IMG/VR virus record: IMGVR_UViG_3300023172_003230
Coordinates: 1 to 33,861 of that record
Reading direction: 5' to 3' (one strand)
Source of the DNA: a virus
Lineage: Duplodnaviria; Caudoviricetes
DNA length: 33,861 nucleotides
Below the pieces are notes generated by a model, which saw only the letters and a program-made list of their open reading frames with translations, was not told where the DNA came from and made no database searches. This document shows, piece by piece, positions 1-7,574 of the stretch. Numbering within the stretch: position 1 is the first letter of the stretch; the number at the start of each line of letters is the position of its first letter. Position numbers and translations under genes: made by a program.

Positions 1-530
1 GTATTAGTAAATCAGAGGGTGGTAATAAACCAGTAGGTGGAAACTATAAACTTTCAGCAAATAGAACACAACAACCTTATTTCAACTATGGTGATGTAGG
101 TGGAGCATCTCGTTTCTTTTATTGTCCAAAAACTTCTAAAACTGATAGAAACGAAGGGTTGGATGGGTTTGAAGAAAAGAGAAAATCTCATATAACATCG
201 CAGAACTTTGAAAATGCATTAACGGGAGGAGGAAATACTCGTAATCCTTATAGTAAAAATAACCACCCAACTGTAAAACCAACTGATTTGATGTTATATC
301 TCATTCGTTTAGTAACTCCAAAAGGTGGAACAACTCTTGACCCGTTTATGGGTAGTGGTTCAACTGGTAAAGCAGCAGTTAGAGGTGGGTTTGATTTCAT
401 TGGTATTGAAATGGATGAGGAATATATAGAAATAGCTACTGCTCGTATTCAATACGAAAAAGATAATCCTTACAACGAAGAAAAAGGAGAACGAGTAGAA
501 ATAAATAAAAACCACGAAAAGTTTTGGTAA
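1..530 (+). CDS. DNA methyltransferase, beta class (N6/N4), 5'-truncated by window edge; paralog of 532..2073
   Basis: Frame is open from nt 3 (ISKSEGG...GDVGGASRFFYCPKTSKTDRNEG), upstream of the listed TTG start at 159. Contains HPTVKP and the SAM-binding motif I DPFMGSGSTG. The C-terminal 90 aa are nearly identical to the next gene. Confidence 0.9.
   Translation, partial: ISKSEGGNKPVGGNYKLSANRTQQPYFNYGDVGGASRFFYCPKTSKTDRNEGLDGFEEKRKSHITSQNFENALTGGGNTRNPYSKNNHPTVKPTDLMLYLIRLVTPKGGTTLDPFMGSGSTGKAAVRGGFDFIGIEMDEEYIEIATARIQYEKDNPYNEEKGERVEINKNHEKFW
99..148 (+). repeat. 50-bp exact direct repeat (copy 1; copy 2 at 1615-1664) shared by the tandem MTase paralogs
   Basis: ggtggagcatctcgtttcttttattgtccaaaaacttctaaaactgatag is present at both positions. 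258-530 and 1801-2073 are also colinear 273-nt paralogous blocks with mostly synonymous differences. Confidence 0.9.
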
Positions 531-531
531 T

Positions 532-2073
532 ATGAGATTATTATTAGGAGATTGTTTAGATAAACTGAAAGAACTTGATGACAATAGTGTAGATAGTATT
601 GTTACAGACCCACCTTATGGTTTATCATTTATGGGAAAAAAATGGGACTATGATGTTCCAAAAAAGAAAGTTTGGAAAGAATGTATGAGAGTTCTAAAAC
701 CAGGTGGTTATTTACTTGCATTCGCAGGTTCAAGAACTTATCATCAAATGGCAGTTCGTATTGAAAAAGCAGGTTTTGAGATTAGAGACCAAATAATGTG
801 GATATATGGTTCAGGTTTTCCAAAATCACTCAATATAGGTAAAGCAGTTGATAAACAAGGTGGAAATTCACTTGGCAAAGAAGTTAGTGAACTTGTAAAG
901 AAAAAAAGAATAGAAATGGGATTATCTACTATACAATTAGCCGAACTTGGTAAATTTTATGGAAAAAAAAATCACGGAGGTACTGTATCAAATTGGGAAA
1001 GTGGCAGAGGTAGTATAACACCAGAACAATTTAACAAACTTATAGAAATATTAAATTTAGAAAATAATCCAATTATTGAAACTAAAAGAGAAGTTTTAGG
1101 AAAAGTAAAAACAAATCTTACAGTAATGCAAAATATCGGTGGAAATTCTACTGCAGGTGAAATAGAAGTAACCAAAGGTAATAGTGAATGGGAAGGTTGG
1201 GGAACTGCTCTTAAACCAGCACACGAACCGATTGTTATGGCAAGAAAACCACTTTCAGAAAAAACAGTAGTTGATAATGTGTTGGAATGGGGAACTGGTG
1301 GAATAAACATAGATGGTTGCAGAATATCGACTGATGAAGTTATAACCAATCATAGTAGGGGTGTTGAATCTGCAATAAGTAAGGGAAAATATGGTGATAG
1401 TAAAGAACAAGAAACTCACCAAACACAAGGACAAACTCTTGGTAGATTTCCCGCAAACATAATCTTTGATGAAGACGCAGGTAAAATACTTGATGAACAG
1501 AGTGGTATAACGAAATCAGGTGATTTCACCCAAAAAGGTCAAAGTAGTAATACAGAACAACCAAGTGGTTGGAAAACATCTAATAGAGAGTTTAAGGTTT
1601 ATAAAGGTGATAGTGGTGGAGCATCTCGTTTCTTTTATTGTCCAAAAACTTCTAAAACTGATAGGAATGAGGGGTTAGATGATTTTGAAGCAAAACCAAT
1701 GGCTTGGGGTAATCAAGCAAAAGCTGAACTAAAAAGAGGTAATCTTGAGTTTAAGGGGAAAGGAGATGGAACTAAACACAATAAAGTTTCTATGAGAGTA
1801 AATAACCACCCAACCGTAAAACCAACAGACCTAATGTTATACTTAATCAGATTAGTAACTCCAAAAGGTGGAACTACATTAGACCCATTTATGGGTAGTG
1901 GTTCAACGGGTAAAGCAGCAGTTAGAGGTGGGTTTGACTTTGTTGGTATTGAAAGAGAAGATGAGTATATGGAGATTGCACAGGCAAGAATCCAATATGA
2001 ACAAGACAATCCTTACAATGAAGAAAAGGGAGAACGAGTGGAAATAAATAAAAACCACGAAAAGTTTTGGTAG
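532..2073 (+). CDS. DNA methyltransferase, beta class (DPPY), with internal XRE-type HTH insertion
   Basis: N-terminal VTDPPY (motif IV), C-terminal HPTVKP...DPFMGSGSTG (motif I). The segment KKKRIEMGLSTIQLAE...TVSNWESGR resembles an HTH_XRE domain. Confidence 0.92.
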   Translation: MRLLLGDCLDKLKELDDNSVDSIVTDPPYGLSFMGKKWDYDVPKKKVWKECMRVLKPGGYLLAFAGSRTYHQMAVRIEKAGFEIRDQIMWIYGSGFPKSLNIGKAVDKQGGNSLGKEVSELVKKKRIEMGLSTIQLAELGKFYGKKNHGGTVSNWESGRGSITPEQFNKLIEILNLENNPIIETKREVLGKVKTNLTVMQNIGGNSTAGEIEVTKGNSEWEGWGTALKPAHEPIVMARKPLSEKTVVDNVLEWGTGGINIDGCRISTDEVITNHSRGVESAISKGKYGDSKEQETHQTQGQTLGRFPANIIFDEDAGKILDEQSGITKSGDFTQKGQSSNTEQPSGWKTSNREFKVYKGDSGGASRFFYCPKTSKTDRNEGLDDFEAKPMAWGNQAKAELKRGNLEFKGKGDGTKHNKVSMRVNNHPTVKPTDLMLYLIRLVTPKGGTTLDPFMGSGSTGKAAVRGGFDFVGIEREDEYMEIAQARIQYEQDNPYNEEKGERVEINKNHEKFW

Positions 2074-2200
2074 TACTATCAAAATTAGTAAACTATATAA
2101 AAAATATTTTAACACCTATTACTTTTTTTGGTGGAAAAATATCAAAAACAAAAAAGTAAAAAAATTAACTTTGGAAATGAAATTTTTTCCAATATATACA

Positions 2201-2209
2201 ATAGTTATA
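2201..2209 (+). promoter_or_regulatory. Candidate phage-specific promoter motif ATAnTTATA
   Basis: ATAGTTATA here. Similar intergenic copies occur at 18064-18072, 32596-32604 and 32946-32953, each 25-65 nt upstream of an ATG. Confidence 0.35.
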
Positions 2210-2212
2210 AAC

Positions 2213-2242
2213 ACCGAACAACATCGAGGTGTTCGGTTTTTT
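2213..2242 (+). terminator. Stem-loop followed by T run (intrinsic terminator or 5' leader hairpin)
   Basis: ACCGAACA (2213-2220) pairs with TGTTCGGT (2230-2237) around a 9-nt loop, followed by TTTTT. Confidence 0.6.
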
Positions 2243-2271
2243 AATTTAATTAATTTATAAAAATCAAATTT

Positions 2272-2442
2272 ATGGCAAATTCAGAACAAATTTTCGAAGA
2301 AATCAAAGAACTATTCTCTCAATTTGAAGAGAATCACAACTCATCAACCAAAGCAGGTAAATCAAGAGCAAGAAAAGCAATCGGTGAAATTAAAAAATTA
2401 GTAACTGATTACAGAAAAGCATCGGTAGAAGAAAATAAGTAA
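2272..2442 (+). CDS. Histone H1-like protein (Hc1 family, Bacteroidota type), 56 aa; absent from the ORF track
   Basis: Translated by hand: MANSEQIFEEIKELFSQFEENHNSSTKAGKSRARKAIGEIKKLVTDYRKASVEENK. KAGKSRARKAIGEIKK...YRK matches the Hc1 KAAxxRARKxxxEL...FRK pattern. A-rich leader. Confidence 0.75.
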   Translation: MANSEQIFEEIKELFSQFEENHNSSTKAGKSRARKAIGEIKKLVTDYRKASVEENK

Positions 2443-2447
2443 TTAGA

Positions 2448-2855
2448 ATGGAAGTTCTTGAGTATCTCAAACATCATGTAAAAACAGACCTTGCTCCATC
2501 ACCTATACATGGGATTGGAACTTTTGCACTAACTGATATTGAAGTTGGTGAACCGGTTTTTATGTTATGGCCACATGAAAGTAGAGTTTATACAATTGAA
2601 AAAAGTGAGTTCGAAGAACTTCCAGACTATTCAAAAAAAATGATTCTTAAATCATATCTAAACAAACCTGAATATCCTGTTATTTGGTTTAGATTATTTA
2701 AGGACTCTTACTTTAATTTAGCAAATCCTTTAGTTTATACTAATACTGCTGAAGATGATGCAAATTTTGATTCGGTAAAAAGACTTGCAATCAAACCAAT
2801 TAAAGCAGGAGAAGAAATATTAGGAAACTATAAACTAAAAGACACATTGTTATGA
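2448..2855 (+). CDS. SET-domain protein (putative protein-lysine methyltransferase)
   Basis: SPIHGIGTFALTDIEVGE (GxG, SET-N) and AIKPIKAGEEILGNY (SET-C with terminal Tyr). The canonical NHSxxPN is altered to NTAEDDAN. Confidence 0.8.
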   Translation: MEVLEYLKHHVKTDLAPSPIHGIGTFALTDIEVGEPVFMLWPHESRVYTIEKSEFEELPDYSKKMILKSYLNKPEYPVIWFRLFKDSYFNLANPLVYTNTAEDDANFDSVKRLAIKPIKAGEEILGNYKLKDTLL

Positions 2856-3157
2856 CATTTGATGAATTGATTGGAAACATCACCCAATGGGCTGATGATA
2901 AGGGAATACTTTTTCCAGAAAACGCACCTCAACAATCAATGAAGGTGATGGAAGAGTTAGGTGAAACAATGGGAGCAATCCTAAAACAAAAAAATACAGA
3001 TGAAGTTATCGATGGAATCGGTGACATATTTGTAACAGTTATTATTTTAAGTAAACAATTAGGGTTAGACCCAACCGAATGTTTGGAATCAGCATGGAAT
3101 GAAATCAAAGATAGGAAAGGTAAAACCGTAGACGGTACATTTATTAGAGAAGATTAA
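2852..3157 (+). CDS. MazG-like NTP pyrophosphohydrolase
   Basis: KVMEELGE...DGIGD...AWNEIKDRKGK pattern of short phage MazG-like proteins. Confidence 0.85.
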   Translation: MTFDELIGNITQWADDKGILFPENAPQQSMKVMEELGETMGAILKQKNTDEVIDGIGDIFVTVIILSKQLGLDPTECLESAWNEIKDRKGKTVDGTFIRED

Positions 3158-3160
3158 AAT

Positions 3161-4438
3161 ATGAGTAATTTTGTAGATAGCACAGCAGAAAACGTAAGAT
3201 TCGTAATTAAGAGAAATGGTGAAAAAGTTTCATTTGAATTAAGTAAAATGAAAAGTGCAATTACCAAAGCTATGGAAAGTATCGATAAAGTAGATATGGA
3301 AATGGTTGAAAAGATTGCAAGAAGTAGTGAGATAACTCTTTACAGAAATCCAAGTCATATCCCTCATGTAGATGAGATTCACGATATCGTGGAAAACAAA
3401 TTGATGGATAGTGGTTTGAATGATGTGGCAAAAGAGTACATTATCTATCGTTCAAAACACCAACCAAATATCTTTAAGAAAAGAGTAAATCTTAAACCAT
3501 ACGAATATCCACAATTATTGGATTATGTTGATGCTATCAGACACTCATATTGGGTTCATACTGAATTCAACTTTACATCAGATGTTCAAGACTTCAAAGT
3601 ACATTTGAATGAAAAAGAAAGAACTGCAGTACAAAGAGCTATGTTAGCAATCTCACAAATTGAAATTGCTGTTAAAACTTTTTGGGGAGATATCTACAAG
3701 AAAATGCCAAAACCTGAGATTGGGGCAGTTGGTGCAACTTTTGCTGAATCGGAAGTTAGACACGCAGACGCATATTCTAATTTAATTCAAGTTTTGGGAT
3801 TAAACTCAGAGTTTGAAAATCTTTTACAAGTACCTGGTATTAGAAAAAGAATAAAATACTTAGACAAAACAATTTCTGCAAGTAGGTCAATCGAAAACAA
3901 AGATTATTTTGAATCGGTTGTTTTATTCTCTATGTTTATTGAGAATGTTTCATTATTTTCACAATTCTTAGTAATCATGGCTTTCAACAAATACAAAAAT
4001 GTATTGAAAGGTATGAGTAATGCAGTTGAAGCAACATCTAAAGAAGAAAAAATTCATGCAGAGTTTGGGTTTGATTTGGTAAATCTAATCAAAAAAGAAA
4101 ATCCTTCTTGGTGGACTGATGAACTAAAAGAAGATTTAGTTGATGCAACTTTAGATGCTTATGATGCAGAATCGGATATTGTTGATTGGATTTTTGAAAA
4201 AGGAGATTTGGATTTCTTAACCAAAGAACAAACTTTAGAATTCATTAAACATAGATTCAACGAATCTCTAAATGCAATTGGTGTTGATAGTGTATTTAGT
4301 GTAGATAATAAATTGTTGGAAACAACTGAGTGGTTTGATGATGAAATCTTAACCACAAAACACACCGATTTCTTTAATAAAAGAAGTATTAATTATAGTA
4401 AAAAACAAAAATCAATCACATCAGATGATTTATTCTAA
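3161..4438 (+). CDS. nrdB: Ribonucleotide reductase beta subunit with N-terminal ATP cone (class Id/NrdBi-like)
   Basis: ATP-cone start VIKRNGEKVSFE. Metal-ligand motifs QIEIAVK, ESEVRHADAY, IENVSLFSQF, EEKIH. Aromatic C-terminal tail DDLF. Confidence 0.93.
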   Translation: MSNFVDSTAENVRFVIKRNGEKVSFELSKMKSAITKAMESIDKVDMEMVEKIARSSEITLYRNPSHIPHVDEIHDIVENKLMDSGLNDVAKEYIIYRSKHQPNIFKKRVNLKPYEYPQLLDYVDAIRHSYWVHTEFNFTSDVQDFKVHLNEKERTAVQRAMLAISQIEIAVKTFWGDIYKKMPKPEIGAVGATFAESEVRHADAYSNLIQVLGLNSEFENLLQVPGIRKRIKYLDKTISASRSIENKDYFESVVLFSMFIENVSLFSQFLVIMAFNKYKNVLKGMSNAVEATSKEEKIHAEFGFDLVNLIKKENPSWWTDELKEDLVDATLDAYDAESDIVDWIFEKGDLDFLTKEQTLEFIKHRFNESLNAIGVDSVFSVDNKLLETTEWFDDEILTTKHTDFFNKRSINYSKKQKSITSDDLF

Positions 4439-4456
4439 AAACAAGTTATAAAAATT

Positions 4457-6163
4457 ATGAACGATAGACAACCCTTTGATTGGATTAACGAAGAATCCAT
4501 TACCTTTTTACAACGAGGATATTTAAGTCAAGGTGAACAACCTTTAGAACGAATTAGAACAATTGCAGACCATGCTGAGAAGTTATTAGGAATCGAAGGA
4601 TTTGCTGATAAGTTTTACAATTACATGGGTAAAGGGTGGTATTCACTATCCTCTCCAGTATGGGCTAACTTTGGTAAACAAAGAGGTTTACCTGTAAGTT
4701 GTTTTGGTTCAAACATTGGTGATAACATCGAATCAATCCTATATACTCAAGCCGAAGTTGGTGAAATGTCAAAAATGGGAGGTGGTACTTCGGGTTACTT
4801 TGGTAACATAAGACATAGAGGTGCTGAAATTACTGATAATGGGCATGCTCCTGGAGCAGTTCACTTCATGAACTTATTTCAATCAGTAGTTGATAATATT
4901 TCACAAGGTTCAACTCGTAGAGGTAGATTTTCACCTTACTTACCAATTGAACATCCAGATATTATGGAGTTCTTAGAAATTGGCACAGAGGGGGCAACTA
5001 TCCAAGACTTAACTCACGCAGTAACCGTGACAGACCAATTTATGGAAGAAATGATTGGTGGTGATAAAAAGAAAAGAGCTGCTTGGGCAAAAGTAATCCA
5101 AAGAAGAGGTGAGATTGGTTATCCTTACATTATGTTCCATGATACCATGAATAAAAACACGGTTGATGTGTATAAAGATAAAGGAGCAACAATATATAAC
5201 TCTAATCTATGTTCAGAGATTGCTCTTCACAACTCAGAAGAAGAATCATTCGTTTGTGTACTTTCATCTATGAATGTTCTACATTACGATGAGTGGAAAG
5301 ATACTGATGCGGTTGAAGTGATGACAATGTTCTTAGATGCAGTTGTAACTGAATTCCTTACAAAGATTGAAGATATTAGAGATAATGGTACAATCGAAGG
5401 TAAGAGAGGATTCTTCTACTTAGAGAAAGCATACAACTTCGCAAAAAGACAAAGAGCATTAGGTTTAGGTGTTTTAGGATGGCACTCACTTTTACAATCA
5501 AAGGGATTACCATTTGACACACGAGAAACTGCTAAATTAAATGTTGAGGTATTCAAACTAATCAAAGAAAAATCTTACAAGGCATCGGAGGAACTTGCAG
5601 AAATGTTTGGTGAACCTGAATACTTAAAGGGATATGGTAGAAGAAACGTTACCCTGAACGCAATTGCCCCAACAACCTCATCGGCATTTATTTTAGGACA
5701 AGTTTCACAATCAATTGAACCAATTTGGTCAAATTGTTATGTGAAAGATGTGGCAAAGATGAAAGTAACAATCAAAAATCCAGTACTTAAAAAATTATTG
5801 ATAGAATTAGGAAAAGATACTAAGTCAACTTGGGATAGTATTAAGAAGAATGATGGTTCGGTTCAACATTTAGACTTTTTAACTGATGAACAGAAAGATG
5901 TATTCAGAACATTTGCCGAAATTAATCAATCTTCAATTATTAATCAAGCAGCAGTTAGACAAGATTTCATTGACCAATCACAATCGTTGAACTTAATGAT
6001 TTCACCTGATATGCCAACTAAAGATATCAACAAATTGTTGATTGATGCTTGGAAGTTAGGAGTAAAAACTCTTTACTACCAACACTCAATGAATTCAGCA
6101 CAGGCATTTGCAAGAAAAAAATTAAATATGAATGATTTACAATGTGTTGCTTGTGAAGGTTAA
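4457..6163 (+). CDS. nrdA: Ribonucleotide reductase alpha subunit (short, no ATP cone)
   Basis: PVSCF, SNLCSEI, APTTSS, KTLYY and C-terminal CVACEG motifs. Confidence 0.95.
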   Translation: MNDRQPFDWINEESITFLQRGYLSQGEQPLERIRTIADHAEKLLGIEGFADKFYNYMGKGWYSLSSPVWANFGKQRGLPVSCFGSNIGDNIESILYTQAEVGEMSKMGGGTSGYFGNIRHRGAEITDNGHAPGAVHFMNLFQSVVDNISQGSTRRGRFSPYLPIEHPDIMEFLEIGTEGATIQDLTHAVTVTDQFMEEMIGGDKKKRAAWAKVIQRRGEIGYPYIMFHDTMNKNTVDVYKDKGATIYNSNLCSEIALHNSEEESFVCVLSSMNVLHYDEWKDTDAVEVMTMFLDAVVTEFLTKIEDIRDNGTIEGKRGFFYLEKAYNFAKRQRALGLGVLGWHSLLQSKGLPFDTRETAKLNVEVFKLIKEKSYKASEELAEMFGEPEYLKGYGRRNVTLNAIAPTTSSAFILGQVSQSIEPIWSNCYVKDVAKMKVTIKNPVLKKLLIELGKDTKSTWDSIKKNDGSVQHLDFLTDEQKDVFRTFAEINQSSIINQAAVRQDFIDQSQSLNLMISPDMPTKDINKLLIDAWKLGVKTLYYQHSMNSAQAFARKKLNMNDLQCVACEG

Positions 6164-6187
6164 AATTAAAAATTAAATAATAAAGTT

Positions 6188-6451
6188 ATGATAGAAATTA
6201 AAAAATTTGAAGCAGATTGGTGTGGTCCTTGTAGAATGTTAAAACCAACATTTGAAAAATTACAAGAATCATTTGGAAATTCCGTAAAATTTTCGTATAT
6301 TAATGTAGATGAAAACCAAGATGAAGCATCGAAGTATTCAGTTCGTTCAATTCCAATGGTAGTGATTGAAAAAGATGGAGTTGAAGTACAAAGAATGGTA
6401 GGTGCACAATCGGAGTTAGCATATAAAAACGCATTAAACGAAGTTTTATAA
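6188..6451 (+). CDS. trxA: Thioredoxin
   Basis: WCGPC active site and RSIP cis-Pro motif. Directly follows nrdA. Confidence 0.93.
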   Translation: MIEIKKFEADWCGPCRMLKPTFEKLQESFGNSVKFSYINVDENQDEASKYSVRSIPMVVIEKDGVEVQRMVGAQSELAYKNALNEVL

Positions 6452-6454
6452 AGA

Positions 6455-6658
6455 ATGCCAATACTAAGAGGTCAATCTCATCCATCAGCAAAACTGACAG
6501 ATGAGCAAGTTTTACAAATAAGAAGGTTGTGGAATATGGGACACCGAAATATTCGAGTAATTGCTCGAAATAACAAAGTCTCATCTTCTAATATACTGAA
6601 AATTGTAAAAAATGAAACTTGGACACATCTAAACGAGTTTTGGTCTGGTAGTTTGTAA
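6455..6658 (+). CDS. Small HTH DNA-binding protein (resembles the C-terminal DNA-binding domain of HNH homing endonucleases)
   Basis: GQSHPSAKLTDEQVLQIR...IARNNKVSSSNILKIVKNETW. No HNH catalytic part. Confidence 0.6.
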   Translation: MPILRGQSHPSAKLTDEQVLQIRRLWNMGHRNIRVIARNNKVSSSNILKIVKNETWTHLNEFWSGSL

Positions 6659-6668
6659 ATTTAGAATT

Positions 6669-6830
6669 ATGACAGAATCTGAAGAAATTGAAGAAATCTT
6701 AATGGAATCTCACTCTTATGGGTTACGAGTAGAGGTAATGGAAGAGGCTTCAAAAATTATGGGAAGTAATCCAAAAATGAGAAGAGTTGATGCATATCAA
6801 GAAGCATTTTCAACTCTTATTAAAGAATAA
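6669..6830 (+). CDS. Hypothetical protein, 53 aa; absent from the ORF track
   Basis: MTESEEIEEILMESHSYGLRVEVMEEASKIMGSNPKMRRVDAYQEAFSTLIKE. Fills the gap with an ATG start and typical codon usage. Confidence 0.7.
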   Translation: MTESEEIEEILMESHSYGLRVEVMEEASKIMGSNPKMRRVDAYQEAFSTLIKE

Positions 6831-6844
6831 TTACCAATTGGTAA
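6831..6844. promoter_or_regulatory. Perfect 14-bp palindrome, possible operator
   Basis: TTACCAATTGGTAA, 10 nt upstream of the first of three MTase genes. Confidence 0.35.
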
Positions 6845-6854
6845 ATGGTTACAT

Positions 6855-7574
6855 ATGGAAATAAATAAAATCTACAATGAAGATTGTCTGGTTACTCTGT
6901 CCAAAATGGAAGATGAATCAGTTGACCTTGTTGTTACATCCCCACCTTATAACAAAAATCATTGGATTAAAAATAAAGTTAGAGGTAAAGATGATTTTAT
7001 CCGAAAGATAGAATATTCTACTTATGATGATAACCTTCCACAAGAAGAATATGTGGAGTGGCAAAAGAAAATTATTTCAGAATGTCAAAGAGTTCTAAAA
7101 CCAAATGGTTCTATATTCTATAATCACATAGACATTATGTCTAACCATTTAACAATTCATCCAAGTTTTGTATATGACTTTCCACTTAAACAGGTAATTG
7201 TTTGGGATAAATGTGGAACTCCTAAAATTGACAAAACTTATTTCTTACCATTTACTGAATGGATTTTTTGGATTAAAAAGAACAAAGAATCAGTTCCTTA
7301 CTTTGACCGAAACAATGCTTTATTCAAAAAAAATATTTGGTCAATACCAAGAAGTCAAGAACCAAATCACCCTGCACCATTTGCAGAAAAGATGGTAGAA
7401 AATGTAGTCCTGTCTTGTAGTAGAGAAGGTGATTTGGTTTATGACCCTTTTATGGGTAGTGGTACAACTTATAGAGTTGGTAGAAAACACAATAGAAATG
7501 TAATAGGAAGTGAGATTAGTGAAGAATACACTAAACTTGCTGAAAGTAAAGTTACTAAACACGAATTCTTTTAA
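6855..7574 (+). CDS. DNA methyltransferase, beta class (SPPY; N4-C or N6-A)
   Basis: VTSPPY, HPAPF, DPFMGSGTT. Confidence 0.93.
   Translation: MEINKIYNEDCLVTLSKMEDESVDLVVTSPPYNKNHWIKNKVRGKDDFIRKIEYSTYDDNLPQEEYVEWQKKIISECQRVLKPNGSIFYNHIDIMSNHLTIHPSFVYDFPLKQVIVWDKCGTPKIDKTYFLPFTEWIFWIKKNKESVPYFDRNNALFKKNIWSIPRSQEPNHPAPFAEKMVENVVLSCSREGDLVYDPFMGSGTTYRVGRKHNRNVIGSEISEEYTKLAESKVTKHEFF

Noticed and set aside
159-530. 123-aa stand-alone ORF or MTase pseudogene fragment
   Set aside because: The frame is open to the window edge and homology to the paralog continues upstream of 159, so it is a truncated view of a longer gene.
2071-2073. Stop-codon reassignment (TAG/TGA recoding as in some Bacteroidota phages)
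   Set aside because: TAG here aligns with TAA in the paralog (528-530). TAG and TGA end complete genes elsewhere, and the genes are unbroken under code 11.
2170-2200. Fifth Bacteroidota-type promoter (TTTGGAAAT...)
   Set aside because: A -33-like TTTG is present, but there is no TAnnTTTG at the expected spacing.
2074-2271. tRNA or structured ncRNA gene in the longest intergenic region
   Set aside because: Mostly A/T homopolymer tracts with one short hairpin. No cloverleaf or T-loop motif is visible.
4415-4438. NrdB C-terminal SDDLF as another clamp-binding tail
   Set aside because: An acidic tail ending in Phe is the standard NrdB element for binding NrdA, and it lacks the [KE]F[FW] pattern.
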